From Parcubacteria group bacterium LiPW_30 (lineage in GTDB: Bacteria > Patescibacteriota > Minisyncoccia > Phycocordibacterales > VMEP01): a DNA stretch of 64,000 nt. The position numbers and the translations under genes were made by a program. The stretch spans positions 557,089 to 621,088 of the forward strand of contig VMEP01000001.1 in NCBI GenBank assembly GCA_007375595.1, read 5' to 3'. The notes below the pieces were generated by a model. That model saw only the letters and a program-made list of their open reading frames with translations, did not search any database and was not told where the DNA came from. Below are positions 27,298-36,821 of the stretch, in pieces; position 1 is the first letter of the stretch; the number at the start of each line of letters is the position of its first letter.

Positions 27298-28089
27298 TTA
27301 ACTATTTAAAACCTCAACAAGTTTTAAGTCCTGCATATTAAACGGCGTTGTAAGAAGAATCGTTTCAAACGGATCGCGCGGGTCATTCACAACAGCACCA
27401 ACGATGGCAATTAAAAACGGATTAAGCCCTAAAGAGACAACCTGTGCTCCGATAGGCACTTCAACATCTCGAGGAAGCTTAGCTTCAAAATTACCGTTAC
27501 CCAACCCGCGCAAAGAAACACTTATATTACCTCCCATAATTATTCCATCAGTTGTTTTCCCTGGAGAAGAAAATAATTCAACTTTTGAAGTCACATCTCC
27601 CGTATACATAACTTCGCCCACAACAGTCCCGCCATATGTTAAAACACGGTCTCCATTTTCAATACCACTATCAACCCCCACATCAAGCACGATAGTATCG
27701 TAAGGAGAACGATTCGGTTTTGCTATTATCGCCGCAAGTACTGATTTTTTTTCTGTTTTTCTACCCAAAACTTCTTTAAGCTCCATGTTTTCTTGTACCA
27801 ATCTATCTCTTTCTAAGGCGAGGGCCTCAAAACTAACGTGTTCTGCCTTTAGCCGTCCATTTTCTTCTGAAAGTGATCGTTTAAAATGTATCGCCGACCA
27901 AAATGAGGCAAAAAAACCACTAACGTTATCTTTGCTTTCAGAGACAAGCGCTAAAGAATTCTGTGTACTATTTCCAAGTCGAGCAACAGAGTCTTTACTA
28001 TAAATTCCAACCACGATGACAAGCACCAATACAAGTAGCGAAATTATGTTTCTAGAAAAATTTTTATTTTTATCTCGGTGGTAAATCAT
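27298..28089 (-). CDS. mreC: Rod shape-determining protein MreC
   Basis: TM helix, coiled coil, then beta-domains (…GDVTSKVELFSSPG…). Start is uncertain: the ORF track extends to 28152 with a GTG start. Confidence 0.65.
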   Translation of the reverse strand: MIYHRDKNKNFSRNIISLLVLVLVIVVGIYSKDSVARLGNSTQNSLALVSESKDNVSGFFASFWSAIHFKRSLSEENGRLKAEHVSFEALALERDRLVQENMELKEVLGRKTEKKSVLAAIIAKPNRSPYDTIVLDVGVDSGIENGDRVLTYGGTVVGEVMYTGDVTSKVELFSSPGKTTDGIIMGGNISVSLRGLGNGNFEAKLPRDVEVPIGAQVVSLGLNPFLIAIVGAVVNDPRDPFETILLTTPFNMQDLKLVEVLNS

Positions 28090-29125
28090 CTTGGTTTTCA
28101 ATAAGAATGTCGCGATGAATATCAAGGTCTTCCAAAATAATACCTGCTCCACGAGCCACAGCCGAAAGAGGGTCTTCTGCGATATAAACTGGAATTTTCA
28201 AAACGTTATTGAGGTATGGGGCAAGTCCTTGAATAAGCGCTCCACCTCCAACCAAAACAATACCGCGGTTCATTATATCGGAAGTTATTTCCGGTGGTGT
28301 TCGTTCAAGCACCTCTTTAACTGAATCCAAAAGGTTCCCGATAGATGATGATATTGCTTCTCTGATATCTGCGTCGGTAACAATAACTTCGCGTGGTAAT
28401 CCTGTTATCAGGTCGCGTCCTTTTATCGATGTTTCAATTGTGCTTCCAACATCAAAAACAGAACCAATGGCAATCTTTACGCCTTCGGCAGTCTTCTCCC
28501 CTATTAAAATTTTAAATTCATCACGAAGGTAAGAAATAATATCGTCATTTAATTTATCCCCGGCGATTTTTAGATTTTTTGAAGCAACAATACCACCAAG
28601 AGAAATGACTGCGATGTCGGTTGTGCCACCACCAATGTCTATAATCATAGAACCAACTGGTTCTTTTATCGGCATGCGAATTCCAATCGCAGCCGCCATC
28701 GGTTCCTCGACAATATGCACCTCACGAGCGCCGGCGTTCTTGGTGGCGTCATAAACCGCGCGAATCTCAACGTTCGTAATTCCAGAAGGCACTCCAACAA
28801 CAACACGGGGGCGAATTGGTTTTTGGGCAATACGATCAGCCTTATTTATAAGATAAGCAATCATTTCTTCTGTTACCTCAAAATCAGAAATAACACCATC
28901 AACAAGTGGCCTTATTGCCTTAATGTGTCCCGGGGTACGTCCAAGCATTTGTTTTGCTTCAGCGCCAACGGCTACCACCTGCCCTGTTTTTTGATTAACA
29001 GCAACAACCGATGGCTCATTGATAACAATCCCGTGCCCCTTTAAATAAACAAGGGTGTTAGCGGTACCAAGATCGATACCGATATCGTTTGAGAAAACTG
29101 CATACATTTTATCGAATAATTTCAT
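28070..29125 (-). CDS. mreB: Rod shape-determining protein MreB
   Basis: MYAVFSNDIGIDLGTANTLVY… and actin-fold motifs. 351 aa. Confidence 0.9.
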   Translation of the reverse strand: MKLFDKMYAVFSNDIGIDLGTANTLVYLKGHGIVINEPSVVAVNQKTGQVVAVGAEAKQMLGRTPGHIKAIRPLVDGVISDFEVTEEMIAYLINKADRIAQKPIRPRVVVGVPSGITNVEIRAVYDATKNAGAREVHIVEEPMAAAIGIRMPIKEPVGSMIIDIGGGTTDIAVISLGGIVASKNLKIAGDKLNDDIISYLRDEFKILIGEKTAEGVKIAIGSVFDVGSTIETSIKGRDLITGLPREVIVTDADIREAISSSIGNLLDSVKEVLERTPPEITSDIMNRGIVLVGGGALIQGLAPYLNNVLKIPVYIAEDPLSAVARGAGIILEDLDIHRDILIENQDDLPPR

Positions 29126-30379
29126 TTATTTATTTTGAGGAAATTCTGTCATTAGTTCATCGATAGAAACAATTCTTGAGTCTTTTTCTGTACGTTTCTT
29201 TATTTCAACCCCACCTGCTTTCAAACTTTTATCCGACACGAGCACGCGATATGGGATACCGATTAAATCTGAATCAGCAAATTTTTCTCCAGCAGTTTTA
29301 TCAGTGCGGTCATCATGTAGCGTTTCAACCCCCGCTTTGTTTAGCATTTCATAAACTTCGCTCGCCTTCTTTGAGACCTCTATATCATCGCTACTAAGCT
29401 CCAAGAGATGCACTTTAAACGGCGCTATTTCTTCTGGCCAAACCATTCCCTTTTCATCAGATAAAATTTCAACAACTGTCCCCATAAGTCTTCCGAGACC
29501 AATACCATAACAACCCATAATCACATCTTTATCATTCCCCGCCTCATCTTTGTATGTGAGATTAAATGGCTTAGAGTATTTTGTTTTCAATTCAAAAATA
29601 TTTCCAACCTCAATTGCTTTTTCTTTTCTTAAATCATCAGCGCCACACTCCGGGCATGTGCTTTGGTCGGAAATAATCTCTTCATTCACCGCTATGCGAC
29701 ATTTATCACAAATGTGAATTGTATCTTCCCCTGCCTCTGAAACAGCCTGAAATTCGTGGGAATATTTAGAGAAACTACCGCCCGAAGCAAAAGTTAGATA
29801 TGTATTTATCCCAATACCTGCGCGCTTAAAAACGTTCTCGTAAGCGGTTTTCATTACCTCATAATACTTTTTCAAATCCTCCTCGTTTGTATGAAAAGAA
29901 TACAAATCTTTCATAATAAATTCCCTTCCGCGCAAAACTCCAGACTTCGCGCGAAGCTCCATTCTAAATTTATTTTGAATTTGATAAATATAAACAGGAA
30001 GATCTCGATACGAAGAAACAAATTTCTTTGCGAGTGGAACAACAACTTCCTCGTGTGTAGGACCGAGCGCATTTTCGCGACCAGAAGTATCAGACACTTT
30101 ATAAAGATCGTCCATTGTTTCCCAGCGACCAGTTGTTTCCCAATTTTCTTTTGGATGAAGTGACGGCATCAAAATCTCAACACCTTCCGCCCTATTCATT
30201 TCCTCGCGGATTATATTTTCAATCTTTTTTAAGACACGTAAACCAAGTGGTAAATATGTGTAAACACCCGCTTGTAATTTATCAACGAAACCGGCCCTAA
30301 TAAGAAATTCTGCATTTTTAGACACCTCGTCAGCGGGTGCCTCTTTGCGTGTTTTTGTAAAGAGTTTTGATTGCAACAT
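29126..30379 (-). CDS. proS: Prolyl-tRNA synthetase (short form without the INS editing domain, with an internal CxxC…CxxC zinc ribbon)
   Basis: MLQSKLFTKTRKEAPADEVSKNAEFLIRAGF… with class II motifs. Contains CDKC…CPEC. Confidence 0.85.
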   Translation of the reverse strand: MLQSKLFTKTRKEAPADEVSKNAEFLIRAGFVDKLQAGVYTYLPLGLRVLKKIENIIREEMNRAEGVEILMPSLHPKENWETTGRWETMDDLYKVSDTSGRENALGPTHEEVVVPLAKKFVSSYRDLPVYIYQIQNKFRMELRAKSGVLRGREFIMKDLYSFHTNEEDLKKYYEVMKTAYENVFKRAGIGINTYLTFASGGSFSKYSHEFQAVSEAGEDTIHICDKCRIAVNEEIISDQSTCPECGADDLRKEKAIEVGNIFELKTKYSKPFNLTYKDEAGNDKDVIMGCYGIGLGRLMGTVVEILSDEKGMVWPEEIAPFKVHLLELSSDDIEVSKKASEVYEMLNKAGVETLHDDRTDKTAGEKFADSDLIGIPYRVLVSDKSLKAGGVEIKKRTEKDSRIVSIDELMTEFPQNK

Positions 30380-30418
30380 AGTGCTATCTTACACTACTTT
30401 TTTAAGAAAAAGAAAAAA

Positions 30419-30459
30419 TTGACAAAACATGATAAATGCTGTAGTATTGCTACAGCATT
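30419..30459 (+). promoter_or_regulatory. Sigma70-like promoter (TTGACA-17 nt-TAGTAT) with a perfect 10-bp-arm palindrome (AATGCTGTAG-TATTG-CTACAGCATT) overlapping the -10
   Basis: Palindrome spans 30435-30459. Drives the GC-rich ORF at 30504. Confidence 0.5.
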
Positions 30460-30503
30460 GTAATCTTGAGTAACCTAACAAAAACTCGCACAGGAGTCTA
30501 ATC

Positions 30504-30998
30504 ATGAGCATGAGTCCCGTTTTAATTGCTGGCAATCACCGTAGCAGTGTAGTGCCAGCAACATTTCTTTTGCTGATTTTTGCGCTCGGCTTGGCGACCA
30601 TGCACGAAAATCGCACGTTGATTCAATTGGCGCTTGTCCTAATTTTTGGGGCATCATGGAGTAGCGCGCTGTGGGGACGAGTTGGAGGAATCCGCTCCGC
30701 GCAAGAAGAACTCAGCCATCCGATACCCCTCATTGGAAATTATGACAATCTTCACCCGTTCATGAAAGTCGGGGGACGGTACGAGGTTCTCGCCAAAATC
30801 GACAACGTTGAGGGATACGATGGTCCATTTTTCATGCTTCGTTCCTATAGCCCAAGCGTAGTCCTGAGGAAAAGGCCGATTTTCTACGCTTGGGCAACAA
30901 AAAACGAATGTCTCCCCCACTCCTTTCGGGTGATCAAAGGATCGTTCGACGACGGGGAAAAAATCGAAACGTCCTTCCTCTTCAAGGAAACCACGTAG
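30504..30998 (+). CDS. Hypothetical membrane protein encoded by a GC-rich orphan ORF
   Basis: 164 aa. Two N-terminal TM helices plus a soluble domain. SD GGAG. GC about 52%. Terminator at 31019-31052. Confidence 0.5.
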   Translation: MSMSPVLIAGNHRSSVVPATFLLLIFALGLATMHENRTLIQLALVLIFGASWSSALWGRVGGIRSAQEELSHPIPLIGNYDNLHPFMKVGGRYEVLAKIDNVEGYDGPFFMLRSYSPSVVLRKRPIFYAWATKNECLPHSFRVIKGSFDDGEKIETSFLFKETT

Positions 30999-31071
30999 AG
31001 GCATCAAGCCCCAGTACAAAAGCCGACCACTCTCTCGTGGCCGGCTTTTTTCATTTCCCTATTTATTCATT

Positions 31072-32175
31072 TTATCCAAACAGACGCGCAATGTCGTGAT
31101 AAGTCACGACGAGCATCAAAATAATCAAAATCGCAAAACCAATTAAATTAAAAGTATTTGCAACAACTGGTTTTATTGGCGAACCTTTTATACTTTCAAT
31201 AATTACAAAAAGAAATCTTCCACCATCAAGCGCAGGGAATGGTAGTAAGTTTAAAACTGCAAGATTAACAGAAATCAAAGCGGTAAAAGAAAGCAAATAA
31301 GCAAAACCAAACTTACTTGCCTCCCCAACCATTCCGACAATCCCAACAGGACCAGTGAGTGAAGATATTTCAGATTTTCCGTTAAACATTCCGGAAAGTA
31401 AATCAGCCAAAGAACTTATGGTGAGGTAAGAAAGTGAGCCGGTGGTTTTAAGGCCTTGCCAAATTGCCTCAAAAGGAGAAAGTTTTATAACTCCAATTTC
31501 GTCAATAACAACGCCAACGGCATATCCAGCCCCCGGAACTGAAGCTGGGGTTATTAAAACATTCCTTGTCTCTCCATTTCGAACATAACCTATATCAATA
31601 GCATCTCCCTTGTGATCTTGAACAAAACTTCGGAAAAATTCTGGCTTTAATCCTTTTATATTTTCCAATTGCGAAGAAACAGACACGATTTGATCCCCCG
31701 CTTCAATTCCCGCAATACTAGCAGGTGAGCCGTTTGAAACATCAAGGATAACCAATTTTGTATCGCGTAAACCTTCTGCAAACACAGACTGCGAAGAAGT
31801 TGGGAGTCCAATCATGTAGCTTGTTGAAAATAAAGCCCATGCCAAAAGCGCATTAAATAATATTCCAGCAAGCAAAACGCCAGCCTGAATCCATTTCGGC
31901 TGTGCTCCAAAACTACGAGAAAGGTCTCCGTTTTCTGCTTTTTTTTCTTCTTCTGTTTCCGCAGGATTTTCCCCAAAAATTTTAACAAAACCACCAAATG
32001 GTAATAAATTTAAACTATACTGCGTTTCGCCACGCTTCCACGAAAAAACTTTTGGTGGAAAACCGATAGCAAATTCATCAACACGAATTTTTGCCCATTT
32101 TGCCGTTATAAAATGACCGAACTCGTGAACTAAAACGAGGACGAATAAAATTACTAAGAATAGGATAATAGACAT
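31072..32175 (-). CDS. rseP: RIP zinc metalloprotease RseP (M50 site-2 protease)
   Basis: HEFGHF (HExxH), PDZ domain, LDGG motif. Confidence 0.85.
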   Translation of the reverse strand: MSIILFLVILFVLVLVHEFGHFITAKWAKIRVDEFAIGFPPKVFSWKRGETQYSLNLLPFGGFVKIFGENPAETEEEKKAENGDLSRSFGAQPKWIQAGVLLAGILFNALLAWALFSTSYMIGLPTSSQSVFAEGLRDTKLVILDVSNGSPASIAGIEAGDQIVSVSSQLENIKGLKPEFFRSFVQDHKGDAIDIGYVRNGETRNVLITPASVPGAGYAVGVVIDEIGVIKLSPFEAIWQGLKTTGSLSYLTISSLADLLSGMFNGKSEISSLTGPVGIVGMVGEASKFGFAYLLSFTALISVNLAVLNLLPFPALDGGRFLFVIIESIKGSPIKPVVANTFNLIGFAILIILMLVVTYHDIARLFG

Positions 32176-32178
32176 GTA

Positions 32179-32730
32179 TTAATTAAAAATATCCTTTTCT
32201 TTTCTTTCCGTGAATTCCAGAAGACGGGAATTTGCTTCATCAACTAATTTCTGAAGTTCATCTTTATATCTAAACCTTTCGTCTTCTGTGATTAAGCCGT
32301 CCTTTTCCTGTGACTGAATATCACTCCAAACTTTTTCTCTTTCTGTTCTCACCGAAATACGAGCTTCTTCTAGTTTGCTTTTTGATAATTTAACAAGCAT
32401 TTCTCGGCGCTCTGAAGAAAGCTGTGGAAAAGACACACGAAGACCTTCGTCGTCTGTTGAAACAGAAAGACCTAAATTTGCAGCCGAAATAGCGCGCTCA
32501 ACTTCTTTAACGTGAGTTTTATCCCAGGGAGAAATACGAAGAGTGCGAGGATCTTCAACAGAGACAGTCGCCACATGTTCAATCGGAGTTCTTGCTCCAT
32601 ATGCTTCAACTAAAACACCGTCCAAAATTGCGGGGTTGGCGCGTCCAGTATGAAGAGATGCAAACTCGTGAAGTAACCACTCATCTACTTTTTTTAATTC
32701 ATCTTTAAATTGTTGAAAACTGTATGCCAT
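32179..32730 (-). CDS. frr: Ribosome recycling factor
   Basis: 183 aa, canonical RRF sequence. Confidence 0.9.
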   Translation of the reverse strand: MAYSFQQFKDELKKVDEWLLHEFASLHTGRANPAILDGVLVEAYGARTPIEHVATVSVEDPRTLRISPWDKTHVKEVERAISAANLGLSVSTDDEGLRVSFPQLSSERREMLVKLSKSKLEEARISVRTEREKVWSDIQSQEKDGLITEDERFRYKDELQKLVDEANSRLLEFTERKEKDIFN

Positions 32731-32786
32731 GTTGAGCTGTAGTATAAGGTATTTTTTAAGGAATTTAAAGTTTTTTTACATTTATC

Positions 32787-32858
32787 TTTAAAAACGCGCA
32801 TAAAACTTTGCTAAGTTTTTGCTATGCTCGTGCCGTCGCACTACGCAATGTTTTTAAA
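32787..32858. repeat. Copy of the MITE-like repeat family (CTTTAAAAACGCGCATAAAACTTTGCTAAGTTTTTGCTATGCTCG…GCAATGTTTTTAAA)
   Basis: TIR TTTAAAAAC. Near-identical to the 12545-12606 segment in reverse complement. Confidence 0.6.
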
Positions 32859-32893
32859 TATAAATGTCGCGTTTTTAAAAAAGAAAAACAGCC

Positions 32894-33442
32894 CTACTTT
32901 TGGGCTGTTTTGGAGCGTATCGTCACTTTAAGATCAGATACTAGTTTGCCTTTGGAAGTAACAAGCTCTTCAATTTTTCTTATTTCAGCCTGGGCCACTT
33001 GTATTCGCTTTTCTTGTAGTTTTTTTCTTAACTCAAGGCGTGAAATTTGCCCATCAAGTAAAGCTAGCCTTCTCTCGTCTTCTATCCCTCCAGTACGTTC
33101 CCATGTTTCCTTCGCTTGCTCATTTATTTTTTTGGACAAAGATTTTAGAGCTTCGCGAAACTCAAATACAGATAGGTTGCAATTATTCATAACGACCGAA
33201 ACACTTAATACTCGGCGGTTGGTAAGTCTATACCTCAAATATGTTTTCTCGTCACCCCCCTCGACAAGTAAATCTTTCGTATTGGCCATCTTGTCATAAT
33301 TTACCAAAACAACACTAAAATTACCTTCCTTTATTCCACATTTTTGGAAAAGGATAGAAATTGCCTTAATTATGACCTCCGGGGGGAAATATTCTCGCTT
33401 CCAAGAATATTTTTCATAATCAACGCTTATCTTGATATCCAT
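32894..33442 (-). CDS. Hypothetical protein (N-terminal alpha/beta domain plus C-terminal coiled coil)
   Basis: 182 aa, no diagnostic motif. Terminator hairpin overlaps the stop at 32882-32908. Confidence 0.45.
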   Translation of the reverse strand: MDIKISVDYEKYSWKREYFPPEVIIKAISILFQKCGIKEGNFSVVLVNYDKMANTKDLLVEGGDEKTYLRYRLTNRRVLSVSVVMNNCNLSVFEFREALKSLSKKINEQAKETWERTGGIEDERRLALLDGQISRLELRKKLQEKRIQVAQAEIRKIEELVTSKGKLVSDLKVTIRSKTAQK

Positions 33443-33512
33443 TTCACCTCCCTAAAATGCAAAGAATCTCGTAAATTTTTACATCATTTTTTTCAAAAAG
33501 TCAACTATTTTA

Positions 33513-34211
33513 TTAAACCGTAATCGCTAAATATTCCACAATCATTTTTATTGAAGGTGAACGATCGTTTAAATAGCCACGTAATTTTATTACTGTTTCA
33601 AGAGTAGCCACCTCTTCTTTTGATATCACTCTTTCGTTTATTTTTCTACCAAGGGCAACTTGGAGATTATCTATAAAAACAATTGTCTTCTCGCGATCTT
33701 TGTCAGTGATAAGTTTTTTTATAAATGGCATTTGTAAACGCGAAGTTGGTTCGCTTTTCAAAAACTTTTCGACAATCTCCCCCATCTCGGTATCTTCATA
33801 AAAATCATTTTTATTTTTTGAAACAATAACCATTCTTGAACGTAAAGTTGGAAGAATAGTTCTCGCATCCTTAATAACAACAAAAAAATGAGTCATTTCT
33901 GTTGGTTCTTCAAAAACCTTAAGCAATGAATTCTGCGCCTCTCTTGTAAAAGCCCCCGCTGAAACCACGAATATTTTACGCTCACTTCCAAAGGTCTTTT
34001 CTGATTGCTTACGCTTCAATTCCCTGCTTTCATCAATGCCAAGCGTCTCGTAATGAGCAACGAAAAAATCTGGATTACCCAAACTAACAATTCCAAAACC
34101 ATTTTCTATTTCCAAAACAAGTTCAGCTAAGGCGCTTTCTTCTTCGCCTTCAATCAAATAAGCATGATGTATGTTCCCTGTTTTCTTAAATTCTTGAAAT
34201 ATAGATTTCAT
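33513..34211 (-). CDS. holB: DNA polymerase III delta'-like clamp-loader subunit (short form)
   Basis: HAYLIEG without a P-loop, LLKVFEEP, TLRSR (SRC-like) motifs. 232 aa. Confidence 0.6.
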   Translation of the reverse strand: MKSIFQEFKKTGNIHHAYLIEGEEESALAELVLEIENGFGIVSLGNPDFFVAHYETLGIDESRELKRKQSEKTFGSERKIFVVSAGAFTREAQNSLLKVFEEPTEMTHFFVVIKDARTILPTLRSRMVIVSKNKNDFYEDTEMGEIVEKFLKSEPTSRLQMPFIKKLITDKDREKTIVFIDNLQVALGRKINERVISKEEVATLETVIKLRGYLNDRSPSIKMIVEYLAITV

Positions 34212-34251
34212 ATTTACCTAAAAATTTTATATATCTTTTTTTAAAATACCC

Positions 34252-34324
34252 TTAAAAAACACGTATAATTTTCTGCTGAAAATTTACTATGCTCGCGCCG
34301 GTCGCGCTCCGCAATGTTTTTTAA
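34252..34324. repeat. Copy of the MITE-like repeat family with a perfect 10-bp TIR (TTAAAAAACA…TGTTTTTTAA)
   Basis: Core CACGTATAATTTTCTGCTGAAAATTTACTATGCTCGCGCC. Confidence 0.6.
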
Positions 34325-34387
34325 TGGTATTTTGTGATATTTAAATTCAAAAAAAGTGTTTTTAAAAAGGAAAAGTAAAAAATAAAG

Positions 34388-35401
34388 CTATCTCTTGGCA
34401 ATTATTGATTTTTTGTAAACATCCAGGTGCTCAAGGGCGATTCCTGTTCCTTTTGCCACACAATACAAAGGGTCTTCGGCCATCATCGCCTTAACTCCAG
34501 TGCGACGAAAAACAAGTTCTGGAAAATTACGGAGCATAGAAGTTCCTCCAGTCATGATAATCCCGTTGTCTATAATATCTGCCGAAAGTTCTGGTGGGGT
34601 ATCTTGGAGAACATCTTTAATCGCCTTCACCATCTGTCTTAATTCTTTATCAATTGCCTTAACAATTTCGTTAGTAGAAATTTGAGCAGTGCGAGGTAAC
34701 CCCGCAATAAAATCTCGACCCTTTATTGTCATAGTGAGTTCTTCATCCATTGGCGTTGCCGAACCAATTTGAATTTTTATATCTTCCGCGGTTTTATCTC
34801 CAATTGCCAAATTAAATGTCTTTTTAATGTAGTCCGTAATGGCGGCATCGATGCGATTGCCCGCGCACTTAACCGAGTTTGAGGCAACGATTCCACCAAG
34901 AGAGATAACTGCAACGTCTGTCGTCCCTCCACCAATGTCCACTACCATATGCCCTCTTGGTTCATGGATAGGAATTCCCGCGCCAATAGCCGCAAGAATT
35001 GGCTCTTTAACAACATAAGCATTCTTTGCTCCAGCTTTAATTGCGGCCTCAACGACCGCACGGCGTTCTGTAGAACTTACTCCTGCTGGTACCGAAACCA
35101 TCACCTCTGGTTTAAAAATACTAAAACGTCCCATCGCTTTACCTATGTAATAACGAAGCATCGCTTCGGTCACGCGATAATCAGCGATAACACCATCTCG
35201 CATCGGACGATACGCAATAATACTGTCTGGTGTTTTTCCAATCATTTCTTTAGCTTCAATACCAACCGCTAAAATTTTATTTTCTTGTTCCGAAACAGCA
35301 ACAACCGATGGCTCATTCAAAACAATCCCTTTGCCAGGCAAGTACACGAGTGTGTTTGCGGTACCCAAATCTATTCCTAATTTTTTTGTAAAAAATGACA
35401 T
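34388..35401 (-). CDS. mbl: MreB/Mbl-like actin homolog (second paralog)
   Basis: LGIDLGTANTLVYLPGKGIVLNEPSVVAV… 337 aa. Confidence 0.85.
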   Translation of the reverse strand: MSFFTKKLGIDLGTANTLVYLPGKGIVLNEPSVVAVSEQENKILAVGIEAKEMIGKTPDSIIAYRPMRDGVIADYRVTEAMLRYYIGKAMGRFSIFKPEVMVSVPAGVSSTERRAVVEAAIKAGAKNAYVVKEPILAAIGAGIPIHEPRGHMVVDIGGGTTDVAVISLGGIVASNSVKCAGNRIDAAITDYIKKTFNLAIGDKTAEDIKIQIGSATPMDEELTMTIKGRDFIAGLPRTAQISTNEIVKAIDKELRQMVKAIKDVLQDTPPELSADIIDNGIIMTGGTSMLRNFPELVFRRTGVKAMMAEDPLYCVAKGTGIALEHLDVYKKSIIAKR

Positions 35402-35410
35402 TTTATATAT

Positions 35411-36736
35411 TTAAACAATATCCGAATCAGCCATATATGCCCGCTTTATCGAAACTCCGATTGCTTGTAGGCGTTCTTCAACCTTTTCATACCCTCTATC
35501 AATGTTATAGACATTATGGATAACAGACTCCCCTTTAGCAACAATTCCCGCAATAACGAAAGCAAGACCAGCACGAAGGTCTGGACTCTCAAGTTCTTTA
35601 GAATTAAGTTTTGTTGGTCCAGAAATTTTTACACGGTGAGGATCAAACATTGTGATTTCCGCGCCCATGCGATTTAACCATTCAACATAATTAAGTCGTC
35701 CTTCGAAAATTGTTTCAAAAACCAAACTATCGCCTTTTGCTTGCGTGAGATAAACAACCATTGGCGCTTGTATGTCTGTTGGGAAACCAGGATATTCATG
35801 TGTTTTTACATCAACAGCATTAAGTGAAATTTTTTTCTTACTATCAATCTTTACCGTTATGGTATTTTTACCAACCTTAATTGGCACTCCAGAATATCGA
35901 AGCAGTTCAATTAATGATTCGAGATGTTTCGGTTCACATTTTGTGATGGTGACATCTTTTCCCAAAAGTGCGGCGATAACGAGAAAGCTTCCGGCCTCAA
36001 TTCTGTCTGGTGTCGTGACATAAGCCTTACCCTTGCTTTTCAGTTTTTGCGTACCGGTGATAGTGATTGTTGGTGTGCCAGCCCCATGAATCTTTGCACC
36101 ACAGCCATTTAAAAAGTCCGCCAAAGCTTCAATTTCTGGCTCAAGCGCGGCGTTTTTTATTACTGTTTCCCCTTCTGCCAAAACTCCCGCCATCATAAAA
36201 GTTTCTGTCCCCGTAACGCTTTGATTTCTAAAAAACAATTCAGCACCACGAAGTTTTCCGCCTTTTGCCGAAATAACATAATGAGCTTTTCCTTTTTCTC
36301 CAGAGATAGCTACAGTGGCCCCCATTTTTTTAAACCCCTCCAAAAATAAATCAATTGGACGAGCGCCGATAACACATCCACCGGGATGAGGAAAATGTAC
36401 CGTACCAAATCTAGAAAGTAGTGGACCGGTCAAAACAATTGAAGCACGTAGCCGTTTTGCAATTTCGTCAGACATTTTTCCGTCATACATTTCTTCTGTA
36501 GAAATTTCCAAAACACCGTTACCCTTATGTTCTATTGTTGCTCCCAAATCTACCAACAAATCCCCCATCCTGTTGACGTCTTCAATCTCTGGAACATTTT
36601 TCATCACAAGCTTATCGCTGAAAAGAATAGCCGAAGCCATTGCTTTTAAGGCAGCATTCTTTGCCCCCTTAACAGGAATTTCGCCAACCAATTTTCGCGC
36701 TCCAGCCAAACCTTTAATTAGAAAAACTTCTTTCAT
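35411..36736 (-). CDS. murA: UDP-N-acetylglucosamine 1-carboxyvinyltransferase
   Basis: 441 aa, EPT family (…KGAKNAALK…; catalytic Cys region GGCVIGARPID). Confidence 0.9.
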   Translation of the reverse strand: MKEVFLIKGLAGARKLVGEIPVKGAKNAALKAMASAILFSDKLVMKNVPEIEDVNRMGDLLVDLGATIEHKGNGVLEISTEEMYDGKMSDEIAKRLRASIVLTGPLLSRFGTVHFPHPGGCVIGARPIDLFLEGFKKMGATVAISGEKGKAHYVISAKGGKLRGAELFFRNQSVTGTETFMMAGVLAEGETVIKNAALEPEIEALADFLNGCGAKIHGAGTPTITITGTQKLKSKGKAYVTTPDRIEAGSFLVIAALLGKDVTITKCEPKHLESLIELLRYSGVPIKVGKNTITVKIDSKKKISLNAVDVKTHEYPGFPTDIQAPMVVYLTQAKGDSLVFETIFEGRLNYVEWLNRMGAEITMFDPHRVKISGPTKLNSKELESPDLRAGLAFVIAGIVAKGESVIHNVYNIDRGYEKVEERLQAIGVSIKRAYMADSDIV

Positions 36737-36821
36737 GGCACCATATTACTTGGTTTTTGGTACGTTAACAAATTAAGTCTAAAAAAACAGTTTTTAGGCT
36801 GTTTTTGCTATACTAGACCAC

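Noticed and set aside
32894-33442. Assignment as YbeY or YabA because of position after holB
   Set aside because: Lacks the YbeY H-x-x-x-H-x-x-x-x-x-H metal site and the YabA C-terminal Zn-binding cysteines. Kept as hypothetical.
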